A stretch of 42,914 nt of DNA, taken from a virus. Its lineage: Duplodnaviria > Heunggongvirae > Uroviricota > Caudoviricetes. How positions within the stretch are numbered: the stretch's first letter is position 1; every line of letters starts with the position of its first letter. This document shows positions 1 through 8,985 of the stretch, in pieces. The notes beneath the pieces are model-generated. The model had not been told where the DNA came from, ran no database searches, and saw nothing but the letters and a program-made list of their open reading frames with translations. The position numbers were made by a program, and so were the translations under genes. The stretch is from the IMG/VR virus record IMGVR_UViG_3300014205_000186, positions 64,001 through 106,914 of that record; one strand, written 5' to 3'.

Positions 1-27
1 AGCGAATATGATTGCTTTGATATTCAT

Positions 28-939
28 ATGCCAGATCTTTTAATATTTCAAACTTATAATATTACTCCAGCCCTAATAGAATGTTTAAAAGAAAATCTAG
101 CTACTAAAGTTATTATGAAAGCTAGTGATTTTGGATCAATAAGCGAAAAGGTTTCTAAAGAATATCCTGTTTTAGTTAAAAACGATAAAGAATTAGATTT
201 AATGTTAAAACTAAAAGAAGCAACTGGTAAGCCAGATTTTTTGTTTATTCATTATCACCCTGATTATTTGGAAAGAACACATGGTTATTGGGCTAGTCAA
301 GGCTTTAAGGTTATTTCAGATTTAAATGCTGCTGATATCTTTGAGTATACTAATGGTGAATCTAAAAAAGAATATGAATGTGATATAGCTTATGTTGGCG
401 GATCTTGGAACTATAAAAATTTAGTATTACACCCATATATATTACCTTTATGTCAAGACTTTAAGTATAAAATTAAGATATTTGGAAATGGCTGGAGTGT
501 TCCACAGTCTATGGGATTTCTTCCAGAAGGAGAAGAAAAAAATCTATATTCTTCAGCGAAACTTAATCTATGCTTACATGAGCCACATTCTCAAAAATAT
601 GGATATGATATTACTGAAAAATTCTTTAAATTAGCTATTAATAAAGCACTTTCTGTAACAGACTATGTTTGGGGATTAGAAAAGATATATCCAAAAAACT
701 GTATTAATTCAGCAAGGTCTCCAAAAGAATTTCATCAAAAAATATATGATCTTATTAATGATTGGGATAATTATCACTTGTTTAGAAAAGAATACACTGA
801 AAACGCTTATAAACACACTTTAGAAAATCATACCTATTTTGATAGGATTAGTAATATATTTCTTAGTCTCGGTATGAAAGATGAATCTAGTAATGTTTTA
901 TTGAAGAAGTCTGAAATTATTGAAAAATTAAAATTATGA
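28..939 (+). CDS. CgeB/YkvP-like (GT-B fold) glycosyltransferase, probably 5'-truncated by the window
   Basis: CDIAYVGG, KIKIFGNGW, LYSSAKLNLCLH and HTYFDRI resemble the Glyco_trans_1_2/CgeB C-terminal domain. The frame has no stop from base 1, so the true start may lie upstream. Confidence 0.75.
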   Translation: MPDLLIFQTYNITPALIECLKENLATKVIMKASDFGSISEKVSKEYPVLVKNDKELDLMLKLKEATGKPDFLFIHYHPDYLERTHGYWASQGFKVISDLNAADIFEYTNGESKKEYECDIAYVGGSWNYKNLVLHPYILPLCQDFKYKIKIFGNGWSVPQSMGFLPEGEEKNLYSSAKLNLCLHEPHSQKYGYDITEKFFKLAINKALSVTDYVWGLEKIYPKNCINSARSPKEFHQKIYDLINDWDNYHLFRKEYTENAYKHTLENHTYFDRISNIFLSLGMKDESSNVLLKKSEIIEKLKL

Positions 940-1145
940 AAATAGAAATAACACAACAAACTCATACTGTTACTATAAATATAGACAGTTTAATTACAAA
1001 AAACTCCGGATTCTTTTTTGATGATAAATTTATATATATCTTTGAAAAAGAACCATTTATTGAATATAATATAGAGGATTTGAAAGAAATGGAGTATTTA
1101 GGAAAAATAAAACATAAAATAAGGTACTTTCTAAGTAATGTCTAA
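936..1145 (+). CDS. hypothetical protein (69 aa)
   Basis: ATGA overlap with the upstream stop and short overlap with the next gene. Confidence 0.55.
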   Translation: MKIEITQQTHTVTINIDSLITKNSGFFFDDKFIYIFEKEPFIEYNIEDLKEMEYLGKIKHKIRYFLSNV

Positions 1146-1983
1146 AAAATATAAAATAACCTTAACTGGAGCAAGTGGATTCTTAGGGAAAAATCTATTA
1201 AGATATTTATCAGATCACGAAGTTATTAAAGTATATAAGAGCCAAAAGATTGAAGACGGATGGTATTGCGATCTAAATAGAAAAGACTCTGTTAAAATGT
1301 TAATAGACCGTTCTGATCCAGATATTATTATTCATGCTGCTGCAAATCCGGCAGCAAAACATCCAAGTGATTATAAGGAGTTTCTAGAAAACCATATTAT
1401 TTCTACTGTTAACTTATTAGAACAGTGTAAACCTGGAACAAAATTTATTTATATTTCCTCTGTTCTTGTATTTGGAAATTGCTTTCCGGTTATGGAACCA
1501 ACAAATTTATATGGATCTTGTAAATTATCTTGCGAGTTTTTCTGTGAAGTCTATGGGAAACTAAAGGATTTAAAAGTAAATATTATTAGACCCTGTGCTA
1601 TTGTTGGACCAGAATTAACACACGGTTTATTATTTGATATTAAAAAGAAGCTAAAGAGCGAAGATAAGACCATTGAATGCTGGGGAAAAGAACCTGGATC
1701 AACTAAGCCATTCGTTCATGTTGACGATGTTTGTGAATGGGTTTTAAAGTGTATTAATTATAATGTTACAATGCCTGTTAATTGTTTTCCGCAAGATTCT
1801 ATTAGTGTTAAACAAGTAGTTGAAATAGCTATGAACACTATGAATATTCAAAAAGAAATTATTTGGAATCCAGATAAGGTTTGGATGGGAGATAATAACA
1901 TAATTGATACTTCTAATCAGCAATTTTTATGCGTAAGATCTAGTAGTACAGAAGCTGTAAAAAGGTGCTTTAATGAGACATAA
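1138..1983 (+). CDS. NAD-dependent epimerase/dehydratase (extended SDR)
   Basis: TGASGFLG Rossmann motif, IHAAA, YISS, catalytic YGSCK (YxxxK), FVHVDDV. Confidence 0.9.
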   Translation: MSKKYKITLTGASGFLGKNLLRYLSDHEVIKVYKSQKIEDGWYCDLNRKDSVKMLIDRSDPDIIIHAAANPAAKHPSDYKEFLENHIISTVNLLEQCKPGTKFIYISSVLVFGNCFPVMEPTNLYGSCKLSCEFFCEVYGKLKDLKVNIIRPCAIVGPELTHGLLFDIKKKLKSEDKTIECWGKEPGSTKPFVHVDDVCEWVLKCINYNVTMPVNCFPQDSISVKQVVEIAMNTMNIQKEIIWNPDKVWMGDNNIIDTSNQQFLCVRSSSTEAVKRCFNET

Positions 1984-2650
1984 TGCTTGGGATAGTTTTG
2001 CAAAAGATATTAAAAATTGTCCATTGGAAAACTTGGTAAAGAATAAGTCTTTTATGCAAACAATGTTCGCGTCTCAATTTGAGACAGAGGAACTAGAATA
2101 TTTAATCAGAGAATATTGTTTAGATGAGATCTATTGCCTTATATGGGAACCTATAGAATCTATGCCAGAATCAAACAATATTCATCAACTTTATCATTTA
2201 ACAAGGTTTTTACAATATGCAGGCAAAAATGCTTTTATTAATGTTACTGAGTTTGGTGGCGGGTATGGTAGCATGTGTGTTCGTATAAATCGTTTACTCA
2301 AACCAGAAGGCTATAATATTATTGATCTTCCAGAACTTTCAGAGGTTCAAGAAAGATATCTTAAAGAAAATAATGTAAAAGCTAATTTGGTTAACTCTTT
2401 AAGCGGTTTAGAATCTGGAAAAACATTTATAGCTTTATGGTCTTTAAGCGAAACACCAGAAGAAATAAGAAAAGAATACTTAGAAAAACTAGATTATGAA
2501 AATTATTTTTTTGCTTTTGGAGACGCCTTTTTTGATTTGCAGAACCACAACTTTTTTAAAGAATTTCAGTTAAAAAGATCAAATATTAAATGGAATTTAG
2601 AAAACTTTCCTTTCTCACAAAATCAATATTACTTAATGGGTAAATCATGA
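1973..2650 (+). CDS. putative sugar O-methyltransferase
   Basis: EFGGGYG SAM motif I, YNIIDLPELSEVQERYL and FIALWSLSE match the putative sugar O-methyltransferase pattern. Confidence 0.75.
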   Translation: MRHNAWDSFAKDIKNCPLENLVKNKSFMQTMFASQFETEELEYLIREYCLDEIYCLIWEPIESMPESNNIHQLYHLTRFLQYAGKNAFINVTEFGGGYGSMCVRINRLLKPEGYNIIDLPELSEVQERYLKENNVKANLVNSLSGLESGKTFIALWSLSETPEEIRKEYLEKLDYENYFFAFGDAFFDLQNHNFFKEFQLKRSNIKWNLENFPFSQNQYYLMGKS

Positions 2651-2847
2651 ACAAAGAAAAAACAGTAAAAAAGATTAGAAGCAGAGCTTTAACAAAAGAC
2701 CGCCCTACTAAAAAAGAACAATTAAGGATTTACGAGCCAGAAAAGAACGACCCTTGCCATGCTAATAACTTAAAGCATGATTATAGGTTTTTACCATTTG
2801 ATAATTATGGTGTTTGTTCAAGATGTAATTCTGAGGTTTTAACATAA
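2647..2847 (+). CDS. small Cys/His protein, possible zinc finger
   Basis: PCH...KH...CSRC; coupled to both neighbours by overlaps. Confidence 0.5.
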   Translation: MNKEKTVKKIRSRALTKDRPTKKEQLRIYEPEKNDPCHANNLKHDYRFLPFDNYGVCSRCNSEVLT

Positions 2848-3380
2848 TGGTCTGGGAAGATATTTATAAAAATGATTCTGCTTGGTTTGATTATTCAGAT
2901 CTTTATAATATGGCTTCTGATTTATATACAGATGGTATTTTTGTAGAAATTGGAGTATTTAAAGGTGCTAGTTTATCTTATTTAATGCTTAAAAATCCTA
3001 ATAAATCGGTCTTCGGAGTAGATACATTCAAAGGCGATCCTTTAAATGAAAATGAGCAAAGAATTATTAAAAAAGATAATCTTGATCTAGAAAAAACAAC
3101 AAGAACCAACCTTGAAAAACTTGGATTAAAACCAAACTTAATCGTTAAAGATTCTGTTGAGGCTGCTGAAGATTTTAAAGATCAAAGCTGTTCTTTCGTG
3201 TTTATTGACGGAGGACATATGTATAGTCAGGTTTGTGCAGATATTAAGGCTTGGCTTCCTAAAGTAAAAACTGGTGGTATTCTAGCTGGACATGATTACA
3301 ACTCTGACGGAGTAAAAAGAGCTGTTGATGGAAACCTTAAAGTAAATACTATGGGAAACTGTTGGTGGACAAAAGTATGA
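2847..3380 (+). CDS. class I SAM-dependent methyltransferase (Methyltransf_24-like)
   Basis: VEIGVFKGAS, GVDTF, FVFIDGGH.Y..V.ADI.AW.PKVK.GGILAGHDY. Confidence 0.9.
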   Translation: MVWEDIYKNDSAWFDYSDLYNMASDLYTDGIFVEIGVFKGASLSYLMLKNPNKSVFGVDTFKGDPLNENEQRIIKKDNLDLEKTTRTNLEKLGLKPNLIVKDSVEAAEDFKDQSCSFVFIDGGHMYSQVCADIKAWLPKVKTGGILAGHDYNSDGVKRAVDGNLKVNTMGNCWWTKV

Positions 3381-4021
3381 GTAAAAAGACAAGCTTTATT
3401 AAACCTTCTAATATGGGTCAAATAACTACTAGATTAAATTATTTAAACCAAGCTAAAAAATTAATAAAACCTGGAGACGTTTATCAATTTGGGGTATTTT
3501 CAGGAGTAAGTATTAAAAATATACTTCAAAAATATACAGAATTTAATATTAATACTAGTGTTTGGGGGTTTGATTCGTTTGAAGGACTTCCTAAAGAAAC
3601 TAAAGAAAAAGTTGGGTATCCTGAATGGGAACAGGGAGAGTTTAGTTCTTGCGATTATTTAGACGTAGAATCTCCACACGAAGCCGCAAATCTTATTAAG
3701 GAATTTATTCAAAAAGATTACTCTAATCCAATAGAAATGATTGTTGGGTTTTATGAAGACTCTCTTAAAACGGCTTATCATTCGGATATGAAACCCGCTT
3801 CTTGGTTAGATATAGACGTAGATTTATACAGCTCAACCATAGAAGCTATGGAATTTATGATTTCTAATAATTTAATAGTTCCTGGAACGTTATTGTACTA
3901 TGATGATTACAAAGGAACTAATCTTGGAGAGGGTAGAGCGCATAAAGAGATATCTCAAAAATATGGTCTTAAAACGGAGAAGCTATTAGGTGATGGAGAA
4001 GTTTTATTTGTTGTTCTGTAA
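3377..4021 (+). CDS. TylF/MycF/NovP-family O-methyltransferase
   Basis: QFGVFSG, WGFDSFEGLP, IDVDLYSST, YYDDY. Start moved to the ATG at 3377, which forms an ATGA overlap with the upstream stop. Confidence 0.85.
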   Translation: MSKKTSFIKPSNMGQITTRLNYLNQAKKLIKPGDVYQFGVFSGVSIKNILQKYTEFNINTSVWGFDSFEGLPKETKEKVGYPEWEQGEFSSCDYLDVESPHEAANLIKEFIQKDYSNPIEMIVGFYEDSLKTAYHSDMKPASWLDIDVDLYSSTIEAMEFMISNNLIVPGTLLYYDDYKGTNLGEGRAHKEISQKYGLKTEKLLGDGEVLFVVL

Positions 4022-4169
4022 TATTTTAAGTAACAGACAAAAATCTAGAATAGCTAAAAAGACAAAGTTTTGGTGTTCTAAATGCGATGCTAATAAAGTT
4101 GGTCAAAATGGTAAATGTAAAAATTGTGGCTATATAGAAAACAAAAAGAAAAACGAGAAAACAACATGA
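3993..4169 (+). CDS. 58-aa zinc-ribbon microprotein (not in ORF track)
   Basis: Hand translation MEKFYLLFCNILSNRQKSRIAKKTKFWCSKCDANKVGQNGKCKNCGYIENKKKNEKTT: two CxxC pairs. Its TGA overlaps the ATG at 4166. Start codon uncertain. Confidence 0.65.
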   Translation: MEKFYLLFCNILSNRQKSRIAKKTKFWCSKCDANKVGQNGKCKNCGYIENKKKNEKTT

Positions 4170-5089
4170 TAGGTATTACTGGTGGTGGTTATATAGGATC
4201 TTTATTAGCTGAAGACTTATTAAAAATGGGTGAAAAAGTAAGATGTATTGATAATTTCCATAAAGGAGATTGCGATCATTTATTTAGTCTTGTTAAAGAT
4301 TATCCAAATTTCGAATTTCAGCATGGTGATATTAATCATGTTGAAGACGTAGTAAAGTTCGTAAAAGGCGTTGATAGAATTTTTAATACTGCTGCTATTG
4401 TTGGTACTCCAGCTTGTTCTAAATATCAAATACTAGCTAAAGAAACGCATTTAAATGGTCTTAAAAATGTTTTAGCTGCAAAAGATGGAGAATGTTGCTT
4501 TATTCAGTTTTCTACCGATAGCTGTTATGGAATTGCTCCAAGTTTTTGCACAGAGGAAACCCCTTTAAATCCTCAATCTTTATATGGTGAAACTAAAGCA
4601 TTAGCTGAACAGATTGTTAAGAGATATCCTAATCATCTTATTGTAAGATTATCAACAGCTTGCGGGATTAGTAATGTAATGAGACTTAATCTACTTGTTA
4701 ATGATTTGGTTTATGAAGCTGTTACAAAAGGCAAAATTGGAGTATTTGAGCCAAATGCAGGTAGAAGCTTTATTAACGTAAAAGATATTAGTAAAGCTTG
4801 CATTTTCTTTATGGATTTATTATATAGAAAAGAAAATAAACATACCATATATAATATTGGGCAAGACTCTATGAATTATACCAAAGGTGAACTAACACAG
4901 CTAATTTCTAAGATAACCGGATGTGAAGTCAATAACATAGAAGGTAAAGATCCAGATTGTAGAGATTATAAAATTTCTCACCAAAGACAATATGAAGCTG
5001 GTTTTAAACCTAAAATTACAATGGAAGAAACAATAGAAACCCTTATTAAGGCGGTTCCACTAATAGAATGGCAGAGGAAATACCAATAA
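4166..5089 (+). CDS. NAD-dependent epimerase/dehydratase
   Basis: ITGGGYIG, TAAIVG, FSTDSCYG, YGETK (YxxxK), RSFINVKDI. Start at 4166 (ATGA overlap) is preferred over 4124. Confidence 0.9.
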   Translation: MIGITGGGYIGSLLAEDLLKMGEKVRCIDNFHKGDCDHLFSLVKDYPNFEFQHGDINHVEDVVKFVKGVDRIFNTAAIVGTPACSKYQILAKETHLNGLKNVLAAKDGECCFIQFSTDSCYGIAPSFCTEETPLNPQSLYGETKALAEQIVKRYPNHLIVRLSTACGISNVMRLNLLVNDLVYEAVTKGKIGVFEPNAGRSFINVKDISKACIFFMDLLYRKENKHTIYNIGQDSMNYTKGELTQLISKITGCEVNNIEGKDPDCRDYKISHQRQYEAGFKPKITMEETIETLIKAVPLIEWQRKYQ

Positions 5090-5757
5090 CAGCATTTTGT
5101 CTTTGTATACCAGAAAGAGAAAAATTTTGGAAAGAACTAGGTTTTCAATGCGAATCTATTGGAATACCATTTTATCCATGCTTTCCTAATGATAATCTTG
5201 AATTAGCTTATAATCTAGGAACAACTTTCAAATATGGTAAAAGCGGAATGATAGATAATAGATGGAAACACGCACTAGCTTTTATGGCACATCATGAAAT
5301 GGTTTATAGAGCAAAAACTAATAATTTACCGATGGTTTTAATGCTTGAAGATGATGCTTATATTACTAAACGATACCCAGAAATTTTTCAAAGACTTAAA
5401 CATCAAATACAAAATTTAAACTTTGATATTATTTATTTTGGATGGTGGATTGGTGATGAAAATGATTACTTTAATGATTCGGTAGAGTTTTTATGGCAAG
5501 AACATGAAAAGTGTGGATTAATGAAGATTCGTCAATCCGTTGGTTTACATGGGGCTTTAATTAATAAAAGTGCATATAATACAATATTAAATATGCGTTG
5601 TATAGACTGTATGGATTCGCAAATAGGAAAAACTGATTTAAACTGTTACGCTGTTCTACCAAAAATTATACATACAAGAAGTATAAAATCACAAATGGAA
5701 GATAAAATTATGAACAGAAAAAAGATACCAATGTTACAAATAAAGGAATACCAATGA
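5068..5757 (+). CDS. GT25-like glycosyltransferase
   Basis: ALAFMAHHEM, VLMLEDDA (DxD-like), FDIIYFG, GLHGALIN, DCMD. Confidence 0.75.
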   Translation: MAEEIPITAFCLCIPEREKFWKELGFQCESIGIPFYPCFPNDNLELAYNLGTTFKYGKSGMIDNRWKHALAFMAHHEMVYRAKTNNLPMVLMLEDDAYITKRYPEIFQRLKHQIQNLNFDIIYFGWWIGDENDYFNDSVEFLWQEHEKCGLMKIRQSVGLHGALINKSAYNTILNMRCIDCMDSQIGKTDLNCYAVLPKIIHTRSIKSQMEDKIMNRKKIPMLQIKEYQ

Positions 5758-6380
5758 AATACCTAAAAGATCCTTATTATTTAAACTCAGAATTAAAAAA
5801 CAAACAAAAGAATGGTCAAGATTGTCTTGGCAAAAACTTTAATGAGTTAAAAAAATTATTAACTAGAAAAGAAGTTTTTGAAGTAGGTTTTGATTTTGGT
5901 CAAAGACTATATGCCTTAAAAGATTCTTGTAATGTTATTGGCGGAGTTGAATTTGATCCTAATTTTGGATTATATAAGAAACACGTAAATCTGTTTGATC
6001 ACGGTTGGGATATTAGATTTACCCAATTAGAGTTCTGGAACCCACAAAAAAGACAATGTGTTTTTACTAATAATTTTCTAAGTATTTTTAACGAAGATAA
6101 TAGAGCATTATTACTTGATAAGTTAAAGAATATGTCAGAAGAGTTGTATTTAAATGAAACCTGTGAACTAGATCTACAAAAACAAGGTAATATATATGTA
6201 TTTAATAACGTCTCAAGGAATGATATCAAAAGCGATTCAAGAACAGTTGAAGTCCAAAAAATTGAATTACCATGCTTTAAGCCACTCACAGATAGACTTG
6301 CGAGAACAGTGGATGATGTCAAAAATGCTGGAAAGAGTCAGACCGGACAATCTAATCCACCTAGCGGCATTCAGTGGTAA
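5754..6380 (+). CDS. divergent SAM methyltransferase-like protein
   Basis: VFEVGFDFGQRL resembles motif I, followed by GGVEFD. The last ~60 codons overlap the next gene. Confidence 0.45.
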   Translation: MKYLKDPYYLNSELKNKQKNGQDCLGKNFNELKKLLTRKEVFEVGFDFGQRLYALKDSCNVIGGVEFDPNFGLYKKHVNLFDHGWDIRFTQLEFWNPQKRQCVFTNNFLSIFNEDNRALLLDKLKNMSEELYLNETCELDLQKQGNIYVFNNVSRNDIKSDSRTVEVQKIELPCFKPLTDRLARTVDDVKNAGKSQTGQSNPPSGIQW

Positions 6381-7113
6381 CCTAAACTTTAATCAACAGT
6401 ATCCTTCTAGAACTTTTGAAGATAATATTAGAATTGGTATAAACGTCTTTAGTGAATGGGCTAAACATTCTAAAAACAAGGCTTTAAACATAATACCTTC
6501 CTGCGCATATCCTGACGCAGATATCTTATATGAGTCTATGTTATGGGATGGTAAATGTCATAAAACTATTGAGTCTCATGGATTAGCTCGTAGATGTATT
6601 GAAGCATATACTAGACAGCTTAATAAAGAAGGGGCTAAGATTATTACTGCTATAGTTAATAATTCTTCTGGAGAAGGAGACTCTTTTGATTTAGAAAAAA
6701 CAAAAGTTGTTGGAGCAATGATTAAGAAATTCTGTGATGCGGATTTTTATGGAACTAAAACAGTAACTCTTTGGGGAGACGGTAATGTTACTAGAGAGTT
6801 TATTTATTCAAAAGATGTTGCTAAGTGTCTTGTTAAACTAATGCAGGATTACGAAGATTATTCAGAGCCTATTAATGTGACTTCTGGACAAGTTATTAGA
6901 ATTAAAGAATTAGCAGACTTAATAGCTGATTTATCCGGATTTACCGGAGATATAGAATGGGATATTTCTAAGCCTAATGGTCAAAACCAAAAAAGTCTTA
7001 GTATGACAAAAATGAAAAGAAATATTGATATTGAATTTACCCCAATTGAAGAATGGCTTAAAAATATTATTAATTGGTATAAAGAAAATTACTTAAAAGA
7101 GGTAAAATGTTAA
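6196..7113 (+). CDS. fcl: GDP-L-fucose synthase (Fcl/WcaG)-like protein with substituted catalytic residues
   Basis: Aligns end to end with E. coli Fcl (SCAYP, WGDG..TREF, SKPNG), but the glycine motif reads TSQGMIS and YxxxK reads HGLAR. Confidence 0.75.
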   Translation: MYLITSQGMISKAIQEQLKSKKLNYHALSHSQIDLREQWMMSKMLERVRPDNLIHLAAFSGNLNFNQQYPSRTFEDNIRIGINVFSEWAKHSKNKALNIIPSCAYPDADILYESMLWDGKCHKTIESHGLARRCIEAYTRQLNKEGAKIITAIVNNSSGEGDSFDLEKTKVVGAMIKKFCDADFYGTKTVTLWGDGNVTREFIYSKDVAKCLVKLMQDYEDYSEPINVTSGQVIRIKELADLIADLSGFTGDIEWDISKPNGQNQKSLSMTKMKRNIDIEFTPIEEWLKNIINWYKENYLKEVKC

Positions 7114-7550
7114 TTATTATCAGTAAAGACTTATCTTGTTCTCAAATTAACTATGAGGTTTTTCAACAATTAAATAAGCTAGTAGATAAAATACCTTGCT
7201 GTTTAGTGTATAAGAATTTGACTAATAGCTTTTATCCAGCTAAGTTTCCGGTATTAAATTACTCAAAAATATTTTCTGGTTACCTTACTAATTCACTAAT
7301 AATAGCTACTGATTTAGACTCTGCTTATACTTTAAGTAATGTTAAAAATAGTGCTAAAAAAATATTCTATGCTTGGGAACTAGAATTTTTAAAAAATAAG
7401 AATTATACTACTAATTATCAAATATATAATTCTTTACCGGTATTTACAAGATCAAAATCATACAAAGAAGCTTTAGATAACTATGCTAACATAGATTCTA
7501 AAATAGAAGAACTTAACCTGGAGACATTATGGACGCTAAATATATCATAG
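7107..7550 (+). CDS. hypothetical protein, possibly a glycosyltransferase N-terminal-like domain
   Basis: IIATDLDSA...KKIFYAWELEF is reminiscent of GT-B N-domains; last gene of the glycan cluster. Confidence 0.4.
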   Translation: MLIIISKDLSCSQINYEVFQQLNKLVDKIPCCLVYKNLTNSFYPAKFPVLNYSKIFSGYLTNSLIIATDLDSAYTLSNVKNSAKKIFYAWELEFLKNKNYTTNYQIYNSLPVFTRSKSYKEALDNYANIDSKIEELNLETLWTLNIS

Positions 7551-8287
7551 AACAGTATTTTGATAAAGAAAGAAGCATAGTAGATATTGCTGAAGAACTT
7601 CATACTTATCCTAATAAGATAAGAAGAATAATTCTTAAGTCTGGATTAGCTTTAAGAAATAAATCAGATTCTCAAAGAATTGCTCTTAAAGAAGGTAGAG
7701 CCACTCACCCAACAGAAGGTAAAGAAAGAGACGATGAAACCAAGGCTAAAATCTCTGAATCTGTTGCGGTTAAATGGCAAGGGTTTTCAGATAAGAAACG
7801 AGAAAAAATGCGAGATTCTTTCAAGAAATCCTGGAAAAAGCGTGACAAAAGCGATATAATAGATATGCACAAGAAGGCAATGGATGGAATGTCCAAAGCA
7901 GGAAGAGAGGGTTCAAAAATTGAGAACTTTATATTTGAAGAACTTGATAGCAGAGGTTATAATCCTATTAGACACAAAAAGGGTTTAATAGCAAATACTA
8001 ATCTTGAACCAGATATAATATTACCTGATATTAAACTTGTAATAGAAATTGATGGACCAACTCACTTTAAGCCAATTTTCGGGCAAGAAAGATTAGATAA
8101 GGTTATCGCTTCTGATGCTGAAAAGAACGCTTTATTCTTACAACATGGTTTTTGTGTCTTTAGAGTTAAGTATGAATCTAAAACTCTTAGCCAATATAAA
8201 AAGAGAAATGTTATAGAAACCATTGTAGAAAACATTGAAAAAATTAAATTAAATCACCAATCAACCATACTGGATATTGACCTATGA
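7529..8287 (+). CDS. free-standing endonuclease, DUF559/Vsr-like, with N-terminal HTH and basic helical repeats
   Basis: SIVDIAEELHTYPNKIRRIL (HTH-like), Lys/Arg-rich middle, EPDIILPDIKLVIEIDGPTH nuclease motif. Confidence 0.75.
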   Translation: MDAKYIIEQYFDKERSIVDIAEELHTYPNKIRRIILKSGLALRNKSDSQRIALKEGRATHPTEGKERDDETKAKISESVAVKWQGFSDKKREKMRDSFKKSWKKRDKSDIIDMHKKAMDGMSKAGREGSKIENFIFEELDSRGYNPIRHKKGLIANTNLEPDIILPDIKLVIEIDGPTHFKPIFGQERLDKVIASDAEKNALFLQHGFCVFRVKYESKTLSQYKKRNVIETIVENIEKIKLNHQSTILDIDL

Positions 8288-8967
8288 GTAATGAATTTAA
8301 GTTTGAAGACGAAAAAGAAGTAAACGATACCTCTGATCCAGTTCCAGAATATGGTTCAAATGAATGGGAAGAATATGTAATGTCCCAATTCACTGAAAAA
8401 GAACTATATGTGGACGAAAAGGAAAATAAATATCCTACTCTTAACGGAATGAGAAGAGTTGCTCTATCAGTACTTGGCAGCTTATATAAAAGCGGTCCAA
8501 TATCAGTAGTTTCTAATCTTCCAGATTCATCATATTGTGTTTATGAATTAGTGTTCGAGAATAGTAAATGTTATAGTGCTGCCGCAGACGCTCATATACA
8601 GAACGTAGCTGGACCCTATTCAATATATCCTACAGCTATTGCAGAGAGTAGAGCTGAGGCTAGAGCGTACAGGAAGGCGTTATTATTAACTACTGCTTCA
8701 GCAGAAGAAATCAAGGGAAATGAGAAGGCTTTTAATACAGTTTTACAGACAGTTAAAGAATATGATTCAGAAGGAGATATATCTTCACAACAAATTAGTA
8801 TTATTGAGACAAAGTGTAAGAAAATGAAAATAGACAAAGCTAAGTTTTTACAAAGTGAAAATGTTAGTGTAGATTTCAAAGGTGCTAAAAGAGCTGACGG
8901 AATCAATTTATCAAAAAAAATATCGGAGTTCCAACAAAAGGGAATTCCACAAGAACTAAAAATTTAA
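8284..8967 (+). CDS. putative single-strand annealing protein (Sak/Rad52-like)
   Basis: PTLNGMRR and AIAESRAEARAYRKAL...SAEE resemble the AETRA..RALR.A motif of phage annealases; directly upstream of the SSB. Confidence 0.55.
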   Translation: MSNEFKFEDEKEVNDTSDPVPEYGSNEWEEYVMSQFTEKELYVDEKENKYPTLNGMRRVALSVLGSLYKSGPISVVSNLPDSSYCVYELVFENSKCYSAAADAHIQNVAGPYSIYPTAIAESRAEARAYRKALLLTTASAEEIKGNEKAFNTVLQTVKEYDSEGDISSQQISIIETKCKKMKIDKAKFLQSENVSVDFKGAKRADGINLSKKISEFQQKGIPQELKI

Positions 8968-8985
8968 TTAAACCAAAGGGATAAA

